From: a candidate division FCPU426 bacterium
GTDB taxonomy: Bacteria > Oederibacteriota > Muellerivitia > Muellerivitales > Muellerivitaceae
Reading direction: 5' to 3'
DNA length: 64,000 nt
Assembly (NCBI GenBank): GCA_963719085.1
Contig: CAVRAL010000004.1
Location: 896,001-960,000 of the forward strand
Shown: positions 1 through 9,990 of the stretch, in pieces
How positions within the stretch are numbered: the stretch's first letter is position 1
Layout: the number at the start of each line of letters is the position of its first letter
Notes under the pieces: model-generated
Seen by the model: the letters and a program-made list of their open reading frames with translations, nothing else
What the model was told of the DNA's origin: nothing
Database searches by the model: none
Made by a program: the position numbers and the translations under genes

Positions 1-82
1 GGGCTTGCATCATACTTTCGACTTCCTTCTTCTTAAAACCCGTGTCCGTGGCCAACGTCGTCAACATCTCACTTTTAGTCAC
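1..82 (-). CDS. HU family DNA-binding protein, N-terminal fragment (runs off window start)
   Basis: Not in the ORF track. Manual translation from GTG at 82 gives MTKSEMLTTLATDTGFKKKEVESMMQA, an HU/IHF-like N-terminus, preceded by an AGGAGG RBS. Confidence 0.75.
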   Translation of the reverse strand, partial: MTKSEMLTTLATDTGFKKKEVESMMQA

Positions 83-254
83 TTGAGCCTCCTGGGGAAT
101 GAAAACTAAACCGAAAGCATTAATCCAAAATATCCGTTCGTTTACAAGAAGTTTCTTTATCCGGAAGCGTTTTACTCATAAGGCTTTATCGCTTTGATAA
201 GCCGGTGGTTATCCGGATGAAACAAATCAAACAAATAGCGGAAGGTAGGCGACA

Positions 255-917
255 ATGGGCTCCATGCTCGCTTGGCTGCAGACCCTACTGACCCATGACG
301 GCTACTGGATTATTTTCCTTGGTTTATTCCTGAACAACCTGGGCGTGCCGGGGCCGGGCAACACCCTTTTATTGGGCGCCGGCTTAATGGTGGCCAAGGG
401 CGCGCTTTCGCTTCCCTGGACCCTGACTTGGGCCACCTGGGGCGTCTTTATGGGCACCAACTGCGGTTACTGGCTGGGGCAGCGCTATGGCCGCCGCCTG
501 CTTGAAAAATTCAGCTGGCTTCAGTTGACCCACCAACGGATCCGGCATCTGGAGCATTTTTTTAAACGCTACGGGGCCAAGGGCGTTTTTTTCGCGCGCT
601 TCGTGACGCTGTTCCATCCCGTAATCGGCTTGCTGGCGGGGATCGGAAAAACCCCCCAGGGATCTTTTTTAGCCTACAACCTGGCGGGCTCGGCCGTTTA
701 CGCCCTGCTTTACACGATGGCGGGGGATTATTTCGGGAAAAAATTCGGCCTGCACGCGCTTTGGAAGATCCACACGATCCTTTACCTGCTTGTCCTCGGG
801 ATCGTGGCCGCCTTACTGGTCCATTTTTGGCGGCATCGGATTTTCACTATTTTTGGGTTCACCTTTTATAAAGTAAAAGCGAAAGGATTTTGGGATCGAA
901 GAAAGCGTCCCCGTTAG
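255..917 (+). CDS. DedA family membrane protein
   Basis: GVPGPGNTLL, GYWLGQRYG and FFARFV motifs typical of DedA/SNARE-associated proteins. Confidence 0.9.
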   Translation: MGSMLAWLQTLLTHDGYWIIFLGLFLNNLGVPGPGNTLLLGAGLMVAKGALSLPWTLTWATWGVFMGTNCGYWLGQRYGRRLLEKFSWLQLTHQRIRHLEHFFKRYGAKGVFFARFVTLFHPVIGLLAGIGKTPQGSFLAYNLAGSAVYALLYTMAGDYFGKKFGLHALWKIHTILYLLVLGIVAALLVHFWRHRIFTIFGFTFYKVKAKGFWDRRKRPR

Positions 918-2758
918 CAGCAGCCGTAATCCGGAATATCCGGCAGGGGATGAACGGGTTTTTTCAAAGCCTTCGGGTGTTTCTTTAGAACCAAAATTAA
1001 ATACCAGCGGTTCAGCGACTCGACCAAAATCACCAGCGCGCATCCCATAATGATGAGCGTCATGGCCATGTTGGCGTAGGCCGTCACGGCCTTGCCCGGC
1101 ACCTGGGCCAGGTTGTAATTGTTCACCACAATCAAGGCGCAGGCCGATAGCGTGGTCACCGCCACAAACAACATGGGGATAAACGTCACCCAGGCGTATT
1201 TGGCCTTGCCCGCGTTAATGAGCGCGCTGGTGGCCACCGCCAGGGCCACGCTGGCCAAAAGCTGGTTGGCCGCGCCGAACATGGGCCAGATGGTGCTGAC
1301 GGTGCCGGTGGAGAGCAAATAAATCCACCCGCCCACCACGAGGGCTGTGGAAAGAAGGGTTCCCGGAATCCACCGGGTATCGCCGAAAGACGGCCAAACC
1401 CGGCCGCCGAATTCCTGGACCAAAAAGCGCGCGATGCGGGTGCCCGCGTCAATCGTGGTCAAAATGAACAAAGCCTCAAACATGATCATGAAATGATAAA
1501 AGTAAGCCATCAGGGTGCTTAAGCCGGGAATGCCCGAAAAGATCTGGGCGAAGCCGACCGCCAGCGACACCGCGCCGCCGGGCCGTCCCGCCACATTTTC
1601 CCCCACGGCTTGGCTCAAGGCGGCGAGGTTGACCGGCGTCATGCCTAAGGCCGCGAATTTATCGGCGGGGACATTGATGGCGAAATAATCCGCCGGGAAA
1701 AGCGAGCAAGAGGCCAGCAGGGCCACGATGCCGACCAGGCCTTCCATCAGCATGGCGCCATAGCCGATCACGCGGGCGTCGGATTCCCTATCCAGCAACT
1801 TGGGCGTGGTGCCGGAAGCCACCAGCGAATGAAAGCCCGAAATGGCGCCGCAGGCGATGGTGATGAACATAAAAGGGAAAAGCTTGCCCGGAATGATGGG
1901 CCCGCCGCCGTGGATGTAGGAAGTGAAGGCCGGCATTTGTAAATTGGGATGCACCCAGATGATGCCGACGACCAAAGCCGCGATGGTGCCGATCTTCATA
2001 TAAGAGCTCAAGTAATCCCTTGGGGTGAGCAACACCCAGATGGGCAGGATCGAGGCCGCGCAGGCATAGAGGCCTAAGGCGATAATGACACCCTCGCGGG
2101 ACAGGCGCAGGTAAGGGTCCAAGGGTGAGCCGGGAATGAGATTGCCGAAGATGACGGCGAGAAAGACCAAGCTCACGCCGATGGCGCTGGCCTCGGCGAT
2201 TTTGCCGGACCTCAATTTGGACATCCAAAATCCCACCAACAACGCGATGGGGATCGTCATGCCGATGGAAAAAATTCCCCAGGGGCTGTCCTTCAAAGCG
2301 TTTACCACCGTGATGCCAAGCCCGGCCAAGGCCACCACCACAATAATGAGAATCGCGATCGAGCCGACCACGCCGGCCAGGGGGCTGATCTCATGCCGGG
2401 CGATTTCCGCCAGCGATTTTCCTTCGCGGCGCACGGAGGCCATCAAGATCATAAAATCCTGCACCGCGCCGGCCAGGCACACGCCAATGAGCAGCCACAA
2501 AAAGCCCGGGCAAAAGCCGAACTGGGCGGCCAGCACGGGGCCGATGAGGGGGCCCGAGCCCGCGATGGCGGCGAAGTGATGGCCGAAGACCACCCACTTG
2601 TTGGTGGGCTGGTAATTGTGGCCGTCGGCCAGGGCATGGGCGGGGGTCACGCGGTTGTCGTCGAGCACGACGACCTTATCGGCTAAAAACGCGCCGTAAT
2701 AGCGGTAGGCGATCACCATGATGAGCAAAGCGCCGAGGATTAAGGGGAGTACGTTCAC
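914..2758 (-). CDS. cstA: Carbon starvation protein A (peptide/pyruvate transporter family)
   Basis: FGHHFAAIAGSGPLIGPVLAAQFG and ITIACGAISGFHSLVASGTTPK signatures. Confidence 0.95.
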   Translation of the reverse strand: MNVLPLILGALLIMVIAYRYYGAFLADKVVVLDDNRVTPAHALADGHNYQPTNKWVVFGHHFAAIAGSGPLIGPVLAAQFGFCPGFLWLLIGVCLAGAVQDFMILMASVRREGKSLAEIARHEISPLAGVVGSIAILIIVVVALAGLGITVVNALKDSPWGIFSIGMTIPIALLVGFWMSKLRSGKIAEASAIGVSLVFLAVIFGNLIPGSPLDPYLRLSREGVIIALGLYACAASILPIWVLLTPRDYLSSYMKIGTIAALVVGIIWVHPNLQMPAFTSYIHGGGPIIPGKLFPFMFITIACGAISGFHSLVASGTTPKLLDRESDARVIGYGAMLMEGLVGIVALLASCSLFPADYFAINVPADKFAALGMTPVNLAALSQAVGENVAGRPGGAVSLAVGFAQIFSGIPGLSTLMAYFYHFMIMFEALFILTTIDAGTRIARFLVQEFGGRVWPSFGDTRWIPGTLLSTALVVGGWIYLLSTGTVSTIWPMFGAANQLLASVALAVATSALINAGKAKYAWVTFIPMLFVAVTTLSACALIVVNNYNLAQVPGKAVTAYANMAMTLIIMGCALVILVESLNRWYLILVLKKHPKALKKPVHPLPDIPDYGCC

Positions 2759-2894
2759 GCGAAGTCTCCAAGGGATTTTTTTAAGACAGGCTTAACTTAT
2801 CGGGTTTGTCAAAAGCCGTCAACCCAAGCCCTTCCGGGGGCCCGTTATTTTCCCGCAAAATTTGGCCCCCGGCGGGTCATAATAGAAGTTCGTT

Positions 2895-4913
2895 TTGCCC
2901 AAGAAAGGAATTTTCGTGGCCGCCAAATCCCCACCCGCGTTTTTATTAGGCTTGGTCTTCGCGGTCTTCCTGATTTCCAACGCGGTCCTGGCCTATTCCC
3001 CGCTTCCCGCGCCGGTCAAAATAGGCTGGGGATTATTGGGGATTTTAGCCCCCGGCTTGGCGCTTTTTTTACGGCCTCAGTGGTTCGGCCTTGGCCGGGA
3101 AAAGGCGGGAGACCGGATCCTACCCGCGCTTTCCCCGATGGTCCTGGCGCTGATGGCCGCGCTGGCGCTTTTCCTGCGTTTTTACCGGTTGGCGGATTTT
3201 TCCACTTGGCCCTCCACCGACGAGGGTTGGATCAACGCTTACGCGCTGGACCTTTCCCAAAAGTGGGATTGGAAATTGTTGTACGGTTTTGAAAAGGCGA
3301 CCCCCTTTTATATTTGGGTCCAGGCGGGGGTTTTTAAAATCCTAAAACCTTCGCTGTTCAGCCTCTGGTTGACGCCGGCGGTTTTTTCCCTGGCGGCCCT
3401 GGGCATGAGCTTCGCCGCCGCCAAACAATTTTTTCCCCCGCGATTTTCCCTGCTTTGCGCTTTGTTGATGGCCTTCGGCTTTTGGCCTTTACTGACCGGA
3501 CGCATCGGGCTGGGCGGAACAGCGTTTTGTTTTTTGGAATTGGCGGTTTTGGCCCTTTTCGGGAAGCTTTTAAAAGAGAAACGGCCGGCTTGGCGCCGGA
3601 TCCTGGCGGGCTTATGGGGCCTGGTCCTGGTTTGCGGGTTTTACACGGGCTATCTTTATTGGGCCGGTTTTTGTTTTTTGTTCCTGGTCTTCCTGCTGGC
3701 CACGCCGCTCCACAAAAAAATAACCGGGGAAGAATGGGGGATCCTGGCGTTGGTCCAACTGATCCTGCTGGCGCCCTTGGCTTGGGCTTTTTTGGCCCAG
3801 GGCTTGGGCCATTATGTGAACAGTCTTTGGGCTTTTAACCCTCAAAGCCAATGGGCGCCCGGAACTTATACGCCCCTTTCTTATATAACGTCACTTTTAT
3901 GGTGGGCCGACCCATCGGGATTCATCTATCGGCCCCAATGGGGAGGTTTCTTAAATCCGGTCGCGGGGTCCTTTTTTCTTTTGGGATTAGGGGCCGCCTT
4001 TTACCGCCGCCAAGCCTATTGGAGGTGGATTTTTGGGGCCCTTCTTTTTTTACTGATGCCGGGTCTCTTGTCGAAGACCTATGAGATGTTCCGGATCATT
4101 TCTTTGCTGCCCCTGCTGGTGTTGGTGACGGCCTTAGGGATCCAGTTTTTCATCGCCCGGCTTTCCCCGAAAGTTTGGGTATTGGCCGGGTTGTTCTGCC
4201 TTTCCCTGGGGCTGGACAGCTACCACTTGTTCGGCGCCTACCGCCAGGCCTGGGCGAATCCCGGGCCGTCCTGGCAGCATTTCAAATCCTTGGAGCGGTG
4301 GCGGGCTTTTGAGGCGCTGCGGGCCCAAAGCCGCGAGGACGGGCCGGGATTTATTTTGGCTGATTTCATCGACCGTAATTTCGACCCCAGCCTGGACTTG
4401 GCGACCTTTAGCTTCAACGCCGCCGAAAATCCGGCGCTTTCCGGAACCCACCCCCAATGGGTGGCTATTTTATTTCCGGACCACCTGCGGCCTTTTCTTC
4501 AAAAGCGCTTTCCCCAGGGGCGGTGGATGGAGCTTGCCCAGGGCCTGCCGCCCTCATTTGAAAATAAATGCTTAGGCATATTGCCGAACCGGCCCCAGGA
4601 CCAGGCGGTTTTTTCGGCCTGGATCCGGGCGGACCTGGCCTTTTCCCAGGTGGCCCGGCGGATGCGCTATTCCCCGAATCAAATGACCTACCAACAATTA
4701 CGGGAGGCCCTGGCGGCCCTTCAGCCCGCGGCCGGGTCCGATCCCTTGCTGGAATCCTGTTTTGACCAAAAAATGGTGAACACCTTTGACGCGCAAACCG
4801 AGGCGGCGCAGGCGCTCTTTTTCGTCCGCCGGGCCATCCAATGGGGTTATCCCAGCGCTTATTTTATCGAACAGCGCCAAAAACTTCTCCAAACCCTCCG
4901 GGGGCCGGTATGA
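2895..4913 (+). CDS. GT-C fold (ArnT/PMT-like) membrane glycosyltransferase
   Basis: ALFLRFYRL...STDEG early-loop acidic motif, many TM helices, soluble C-terminus. Start uncertain (TTG). Confidence 0.6.
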   Translation: MPKKGIFVAAKSPPAFLLGLVFAVFLISNAVLAYSPLPAPVKIGWGLLGILAPGLALFLRPQWFGLGREKAGDRILPALSPMVLALMAALALFLRFYRLADFSTWPSTDEGWINAYALDLSQKWDWKLLYGFEKATPFYIWVQAGVFKILKPSLFSLWLTPAVFSLAALGMSFAAAKQFFPPRFSLLCALLMAFGFWPLLTGRIGLGGTAFCFLELAVLALFGKLLKEKRPAWRRILAGLWGLVLVCGFYTGYLYWAGFCFLFLVFLLATPLHKKITGEEWGILALVQLILLAPLAWAFLAQGLGHYVNSLWAFNPQSQWAPGTYTPLSYITSLLWWADPSGFIYRPQWGGFLNPVAGSFFLLGLGAAFYRRQAYWRWIFGALLFLLMPGLLSKTYEMFRIISLLPLLVLVTALGIQFFIARLSPKVWVLAGLFCLSLGLDSYHLFGAYRQAWANPGPSWQHFKSLERWRAFEALRAQSREDGPGFILADFIDRNFDPSLDLATFSFNAAENPALSGTHPQWVAILFPDHLRPFLQKRFPQGRWMELAQGLPPSFENKCLGILPNRPQDQAVFSAWIRADLAFSQVARRMRYSPNQMTYQQLREALAALQPAAGSDPLLESCFDQKMVNTFDAQTEAAQALFFVRRAIQWGYPSAYFIEQRQKLLQTLRGPV

Positions 4914-6832
4914 GGCGGATTTGGACCTTTTGGTTTTGGTCGGCGGCCCTCTTCGCGGCGGGCACCGGCTTGGGCGGCTGGCTTTGGAGCCGGATCCAAT
5001 TCCCATTTTCGAATCCAGAGCAGGTGGTCGGGCCCTCGGCGCTGAATCCTTTCAACGACCTGGCGGGGTTCGCGCTGTTCGTGGGACTGCCCTCCCTGTT
5101 TTGGATTTTGTTTCATTTTTGGACGCGCGGTCATTTTTCACCGCCGCCGGGCCGCGCGCGACCGCTTCCACCCAAGGACGCGGACCGCGCCGGTCGATTC
5201 CGGCTCCTCCTTTGGGCGGGGCTGGCCCTTTTGGCCTTGGTCATCGCGCTGAACGTTCCCACCTACCATGCCTCCGGCCCTTTCGACGCGTTCCATGAGG
5301 GGGAATCCTTGGGCGCGGCGCAGTCCCTGGCGGCCCATCAGGCGCCTTACGGTGATTTTTTCTTTTTCCACGGTTGGTTCCAGGATCCGGGCCGGTCCTG
5401 GGCCGCCTTCCAGTTATTCGGGACTTCCATCGGGGCCCAACGGACCCTGGAATCCATCCTGAAGGTCCTGCTTTGGCTTTTGTTGGCGGTCTTTTTGGCC
5501 CGGACCTTCCGCCAAAACCCGGTTTGGGCCTTCGCGGCGCTTTTATCCGTGGCTTTTTTTTATGTGCCTTTTATTTTCGACGGGCTCGTGGAGCCCTTTT
5601 TGCGGTCCACGGATCCGGCCGCGGTTTTGGACGCCTTCCAAAAATGGCGGCCCTGGCTGGAACCTTTCCATTGGATCATCCTGTCGGGGCGCGACCTTTT
5701 GGTGTTGGCCTTCCTGGCGGTGGTGGGGCGCATGGGGGAATTTATTTCCCGGGGACCGCTGAAAAAAGAAAAGGCCCGGTTTTTTTTCGCGGCGGCCGGG
5801 TTGAGCCTGATCCCGCTTTTGGCCATGGCCTATTCGGTGGACCGGGGAATTTATCTTTTGGGGACCGGGGCCTTTTTTTCAGTTTTATTTTATTTTTTGT
5901 TTTCCCGAAAGGACGCGCGGGCCCTCTACGTGTGGGCGCTGGCCGCCGGGCTCCTGGCGGGCCTGTTGGCCTTGGGAGCGGCGATTCAATGGAATGGGGG
6001 CGGATTCGCGCGTTATGTTTTCCTGGACTTACCGCGCTATAAAATGTTGACGGATAAACTGGCCTATCCCCTGGGCCTGGGGGGCGGGAAGTTTTTCCTG
6101 GCCGCGGGGCTGGCGGCGCTGGCGCTTTTTCGCTGGACGCAGGCCTGGCTGTCCTTTCCCGGCCCGGCCCGGGACTTTTTCGCCCGTTATGCCGTGGAAA
6201 CGGCCCTGTTGTTTCTGGGGCTCTTTTGCTTCCGAAATATCCTGGAGCGCCCGGACTTGGACCATTTGGCCTGCGACTCCCTGTGGCTTTTTTTGTTTTT
6301 CCTGTTCGGCCTCTTTCGAAGGGGACAAAGCCTGAAACCTGGAATTTTTTCCCGGGTTTTCCCCCGGGTGATTTTGGCGCTGGCCCTGTTGACGGGCGGG
6401 CTGGGCTTGGTTCGCCTGGAACGCCAGGACCTGCTGGAAAAGAATTTTCCTTCGTGCCGGACGGACCGGGATTTTCTCGACCCCCAGCGCCTGGCGGCGG
6501 TGGATCGGCTTAACGCGGAGCTGAAGCCCGGGGAGCCCTTTTTTACTTGGGGAGTGGACGCGTCCTGGTATTACCTGCTCCACCGCGCCTGTCCCACGCC
6601 CTATCCCTGTTTGTGGGTGGCCGCCCCCGCGGATTTCCAGCGTCAGGTGGTCCAATGCCTGGAGGTGGGGAAGGTCCGGTTGGTGTTGAAGCCCGGGGGG
6701 GATTGGGTTTCCAATATCGACGGCATTTCCGATGAGGCCCGGTTCCCGATTGTGTCCGCTTATATCCGGGCCAACTACGTTTTTTGGCAAAAGGCGGGAA
6801 CGCAGGAAATTTGGATCCGCAAAGGAAGCTGA
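4910..6832 (+). CDS. Polytopic membrane protein, probable GT-C glycosyltransferase
   Basis: ATGA overlap with the upstream stop; DAFHEGE...PYGDFFFFHG loop; multiple TM segments. Confidence 0.55.
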   Translation: MRRIWTFWFWSAALFAAGTGLGGWLWSRIQFPFSNPEQVVGPSALNPFNDLAGFALFVGLPSLFWILFHFWTRGHFSPPPGRARPLPPKDADRAGRFRLLLWAGLALLALVIALNVPTYHASGPFDAFHEGESLGAAQSLAAHQAPYGDFFFFHGWFQDPGRSWAAFQLFGTSIGAQRTLESILKVLLWLLLAVFLARTFRQNPVWAFAALLSVAFFYVPFIFDGLVEPFLRSTDPAAVLDAFQKWRPWLEPFHWIILSGRDLLVLAFLAVVGRMGEFISRGPLKKEKARFFFAAAGLSLIPLLAMAYSVDRGIYLLGTGAFFSVLFYFLFSRKDARALYVWALAAGLLAGLLALGAAIQWNGGGFARYVFLDLPRYKMLTDKLAYPLGLGGGKFFLAAGLAALALFRWTQAWLSFPGPARDFFARYAVETALLFLGLFCFRNILERPDLDHLACDSLWLFLFFLFGLFRRGQSLKPGIFSRVFPRVILALALLTGGLGLVRLERQDLLEKNFPSCRTDRDFLDPQRLAAVDRLNAELKPGEPFFTWGVDASWYYLLHRACPTPYPCLWVAAPADFQRQVVQCLEVGKVRLVLKPGGDWVSNIDGISDEARFPIVSAYIRANYVFWQKAGTQEIWIRKGS

Positions 6833-6865
6833 CCTCCCGCCGGGCCGACCGTGGCGGGATACGGT

Positions 6866-6972
6866 TCGCCTTTTTTAACTACTAGAAGGAGGTCTCCTAT
6901 CCCGCCGACCCTCCGGGCCAATCGTAGCGGGATACGTATCACCCTTTTTAACTACTAGAAGGAGGGCGATAC
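6866..6972. repeat. Two tandem copies of a hairpin with TAACTACTA loop (family C)
   Basis: TTTTTAACTACTAGAAGGAGG occurs twice (hairpins at 6866-6892 and 6936-6972), each preceded by GCGGGATACG. Confidence 0.7.
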
Positions 6973-6976
6973 TAAT

Positions 6977-7012
6977 AAAAAAGGCCCCGACGGCATAGTG
7001 CCGCGGGGCCTT
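6977..7012 (-). terminator. Intrinsic terminator downstream of prx
   Basis: AAGGCCCCG..CGGCA/TGCCG..CGGGGCCTT stem with an A-run (U-tract on minus strand). Confidence 0.75.
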
Positions 7013-7030
7013 GGGGCTTCTTAAAGTTTT

Positions 7031-7672
7031 TTACGGCTTGTTCGGCTGGGGCGTCAAGCGCAGGTAAGGCTTCACGGCCTTATAACCCTTCGGGAAACGC
7101 TCCTTGATTTCTTTCTCGTCCTGCAAGGCCGGCACGATCACTACATCGTCCCCGTCCTTCCAATTCACCGGCGTGGCCACCTTGTAGTTGTCGGTCAATT
7201 GCAGGGAGTCAATCACCCGCAAAATCTCGTTGAAATTGCGGCCCGTGCTGGCCGGGTAGGTGATGGTGGCGCGGATCTTCTTATGGTTGTCGATGATGAA
7301 CACCGACCGCACGGTCACATTGGCCGTGGAGGCCGGGTGCAGCATGTCATAGAGGGTGGCCACCTTTTTGTCCGCGTCGGCAAGAATCGGGAAGTTCACC
7401 GTGGTGCCTTGGGTCTCGTTGATGTCCGGGATCCATTTTTTGTGCGACTCCGCCGTGTCCACCGACAGCGCCAAAACCTTCACGCCGCGCTTGGCGAACT
7501 CATCCTTGAGTTTCGCGGTCGCGCCCAGCTCCGTCGTGCAGACCGGGGTAAAGTCGGCCGGGTGGGAAAACAACACGCCCCAGGAATTGCCCAGCCACTC
7601 GTGAAAGTGGATCGGCCCCTCGCTGGATTCCTGCGTAAAATCGGGAGCCACATCGCCTAATCGTAATGACAT
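7031..7672 (-). CDS. 1-Cys peroxiredoxin (Prx6)
   Basis: FSHPADFTPVCTTELG and YPASTGRNFNEILRVIDSLQL motifs. Confidence 0.95.
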   Translation of the reverse strand: MSLRLGDVAPDFTQESSEGPIHFHEWLGNSWGVLFSHPADFTPVCTTELGATAKLKDEFAKRGVKVLALSVDTAESHKKWIPDINETQGTTVNFPILADADKKVATLYDMLHPASTANVTVRSVFIIDNHKKIRATITYPASTGRNFNEILRVIDSLQLTDNYKVATPVNWKDGDDVVIVPALQDEKEIKERFPKGYKAVKPYLRLTPQPNKP

Positions 7673-7713
7673 AACATCCTCCTGAACTTAAGTTGGTTGA
7701 AAAAATCCCCGGT

Positions 7714-7882
7714 AAAAAGAAAAACCCGCGGGGCTTTTTCAAGCGGCGCGGGTTCGAAAAGTACAGTTCGGACTCAACCACCGCTTTAGCGCCCTGTTCT
7801 CCCGCCTTAAAAACCAAGGAAGGACGGCCGGGGCAAGTTGGTCGCTTTTCAGTGTCGAAAGCGAGAGGTCCTCTCGAACCCC
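7714..7882 (-). ncRNA. Putative structured 5' leader (riboswitch/attenuator-like) with terminator
   Basis: Minus strand: P1 GGGUUCGAGA/UUUCGAACCC enclosing two hairpins; overlapping terminator AACCCGCG..GCUU-GAAA-AAGC..CGCGGGUU followed by UUUCUUUUU. Not matched to a family I recognise. Confidence 0.55.
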
Positions 7883-7907
7883 AAGTTAAAGCCTCGCCGT
7901 GAGAATA

Positions 7908-7937
7908 TTATTAGTACTGTTAGGGTCTTGAAGTCAA
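7908..7937 (-). promoter_or_regulatory. Putative sigma70 promoter for the prx leader
   Basis: TTGACT-N18-TAATAA on the minus strand. Confidence 0.45.
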
Positions 7938-7960
7938 GCCCGGCAAAAACCTTCAAACCT

Positions 7961-8077
7961 TTTCACCGCCAAGTTCGCCAAGTTAAACAAAACCCTTTTT
8001 GGGGGTTTAAATCATCCACCCGGGTAGTTTTGAATTCTAAATGCCTCCCTTGGCGAACTTGGCGTCTTGGCGGTAAA
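7961..8077. repeat. Intergenic long hairpin, family A (CGCCAAG units)
   Basis: TTTCACCGCCAAGTTCGCCAAG...CTTGGCGAACTTGGCGTCTTGGCGGTAAA. Confidence 0.8.
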
Positions 8078-8088
8078 GAGGGTTTGCT

Positions 8089-9834
8089 TCAGATTTGGAT
8101 TATTTTATTCTTGTGGTCCAGATAATCCTTCAGCACGTACTGGGTCAGTTTGTCGGGGGCGGGATAGATGAGCCGGCCCTTGTTGATCCGGTGCATGGCC
8201 TCCAAAAACTCGCCTTCACCGAAATAGCCGCTGTCGTCCTCGTTGCCCATCATGAAGGTATTGATGGTGATGTTCTCATCCGTCACGGCCCTGATTTCTT
8301 TCATCGTGCGCTGGTAGGTGCGCTCATTGGGCGGATAGGTGAGGTACAGATGGGAGCCCTCGTAAAAGGCCGTGGGGGCGCCGTCGGTGATGAGCAGGAT
8401 GCTTTTATTTTTGGTGTCCGAGTTGGCCAGGAGCACCCGGGCCAGCTCCAGCCCTTTTTGTAAATTGGTGAAATGCTCGGGGATCAAATCCCGGCTGCGT
8501 TGGTCCACTTCTTTCGAAAAATCCACCCGCATATTCACCGCGCCGCCCATGAGCGTCACCGGCTTGGGGGCCAGCTCGGGAATCGCGCCGACCTGGATTT
8601 GCTTGGCGAAGGTGGCGAAGGTGACGAAATAAAGTTTGTCCTCGGGGTATTCGTTCCGGATGAGCGCGTCGAGGGCCAGGGCCAACTTTTTGGTGTTATA
8701 AAAACGGCCATAGCGGGCCATGGAGCCGCTTTGGTCGATCAGCATCACGATGGCGGAGGAGGCCGCGCCTTTGGTTTGGTGGACCATAAAATCCCGGCTG
8801 TCCACGCGGATACGGCCCTTGGGCGAGCGGGGATCGCCCAACTGCCGGATCGCGGAGTTTAAAAGGCTGGCCGGAAGGTCGAGCGAGGTCAGCGAGTCCC
8901 CGAACTCATAGGGCTGGGTGGTGGTCATTTCCACATTGCCGTCGCCCTGGTAGGTGGCGTGGTGGCGGCCCACGCCGTCGGTGAAGAGCCGGGAGAAAAT
9001 TTCCTTCAAGGCCTTCTCGCCGATCTTGCGCGCGGCGCCCGGGGTGATCTTATAAATGTCCGTTTCCTCATCGTGGTCCACGTCGCCGGTGGCCTTGAGG
9101 GCCTCGTTGAACTGTTCCCGTAATTCTTCCCGCTTGGCCTCAAAGGCCTGGGCGGCTTCGTCCCCCAGCATTTCCTTGAGCTGTTCCACGTCCATGTTAA
9201 AGAGGTCGCCGTATTCCAGCGCGTCCATCAGCCGGTCTTCCAATTCGTCCAGGGTCTTGAGCTTTTCCTGGAGCTTGCGGGCCTCCGCCGGGGTGACGCT
9301 TTTGTCGCCGGTAAACTCATAATCCTCATACAGGTCCTGGAGGGTCTTGAGCTGCTGCATGAGCTGGGTCAGGGTCTGCAGTTGGCGGCGGATTTCATCC
9401 GCGCCTTTTTGGCCGGAGCGCGAAAGCTGGGAGTCCAGATTGTACAGCGAGGAAGGGTCCCGGCTTTGGAGGCTGTCTTCCAAGCGCTTGGTGAGTTTGG
9501 CGTCCTTGAGTTTTTCCATGAGGCTTTGAAGCTCGGCGGATTTGCGGCGCACATCCTCTTCCAATTTAGAAAGTAAATCGTCCAAGCGGTGGTTTTCCAA
9601 AATCTTTTGGCGGTCGTCGTTGATCTTGTCGAGGAAACCCTGGATCAGCTCATCCAATCCGCCGATCTTGAGGAACTCGTTATAGGGGATGCCTTTTTCC
9701 TGCAGGTGCTTGAGGGCCTCGTCAAAGGACACATGGTATTGCATCATCAGTTCCTTCACGGCGCTGATGAGGTCCTCCACGGTAAAGGGGGGCTTTTCCG
9801 GCTCGTGCCATTCGGAATAATCGTGGGTGATCAT
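8089..9834 (-). CDS. VWA-domain protein (partner of chelatase-like AAA+ ATPase)
   Basis: MIDAS elements DQSGSM, FTNLQKGL and ITDGAPTA; helical N-terminus. Confidence 0.85.
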   Translation of the reverse strand: MITHDYSEWHEPEKPPFTVEDLISAVKELMMQYHVSFDEALKHLQEKGIPYNEFLKIGGLDELIQGFLDKINDDRQKILENHRLDDLLSKLEEDVRRKSAELQSLMEKLKDAKLTKRLEDSLQSRDPSSLYNLDSQLSRSGQKGADEIRRQLQTLTQLMQQLKTLQDLYEDYEFTGDKSVTPAEARKLQEKLKTLDELEDRLMDALEYGDLFNMDVEQLKEMLGDEAAQAFEAKREELREQFNEALKATGDVDHDEETDIYKITPGAARKIGEKALKEIFSRLFTDGVGRHHATYQGDGNVEMTTTQPYEFGDSLTSLDLPASLLNSAIRQLGDPRSPKGRIRVDSRDFMVHQTKGAASSAIVMLIDQSGSMARYGRFYNTKKLALALDALIRNEYPEDKLYFVTFATFAKQIQVGAIPELAPKPVTLMGGAVNMRVDFSKEVDQRSRDLIPEHFTNLQKGLELARVLLANSDTKNKSILLITDGAPTAFYEGSHLYLTYPPNERTYQRTMKEIRAVTDENITINTFMMGNEDDSGYFGEGEFLEAMHRINKGRLIYPAPDKLTQYVLKDYLDHKNKIIQI

Positions 9835-9880
9835 AAAAACCTCTCTTTAAAAACCTAAAAAAACCAAACCAAAACCAACC

Positions 9881-9970
9881 GCTCACGCAAAGACGCTAAG
9901 ACGCCAAGGAAGGCAAAACAAAGTCTGATTTTCTTGTTTCTAAAATCCTTCCTTTGCGTCTTGGCGTGTG
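9881..9970. repeat. Intergenic long hairpin, family A
   Basis: CACGCAAAGACGCTAAGACGCCAAGGAAGG...CCTTCCTTTGCGTCTTGGCGTG. Confidence 0.75.
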
Positions 9971-9990
9971 CCTTTTTTATTGGTTAATGT

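Noticed and set aside
7770..7800. T-box or SAM-I riboswitch call for the prx leader
   Set aside because: Lacks UGGNACC and the SAM-I core (AUC..GAG, GCAACC); kept as an unassigned RNA.
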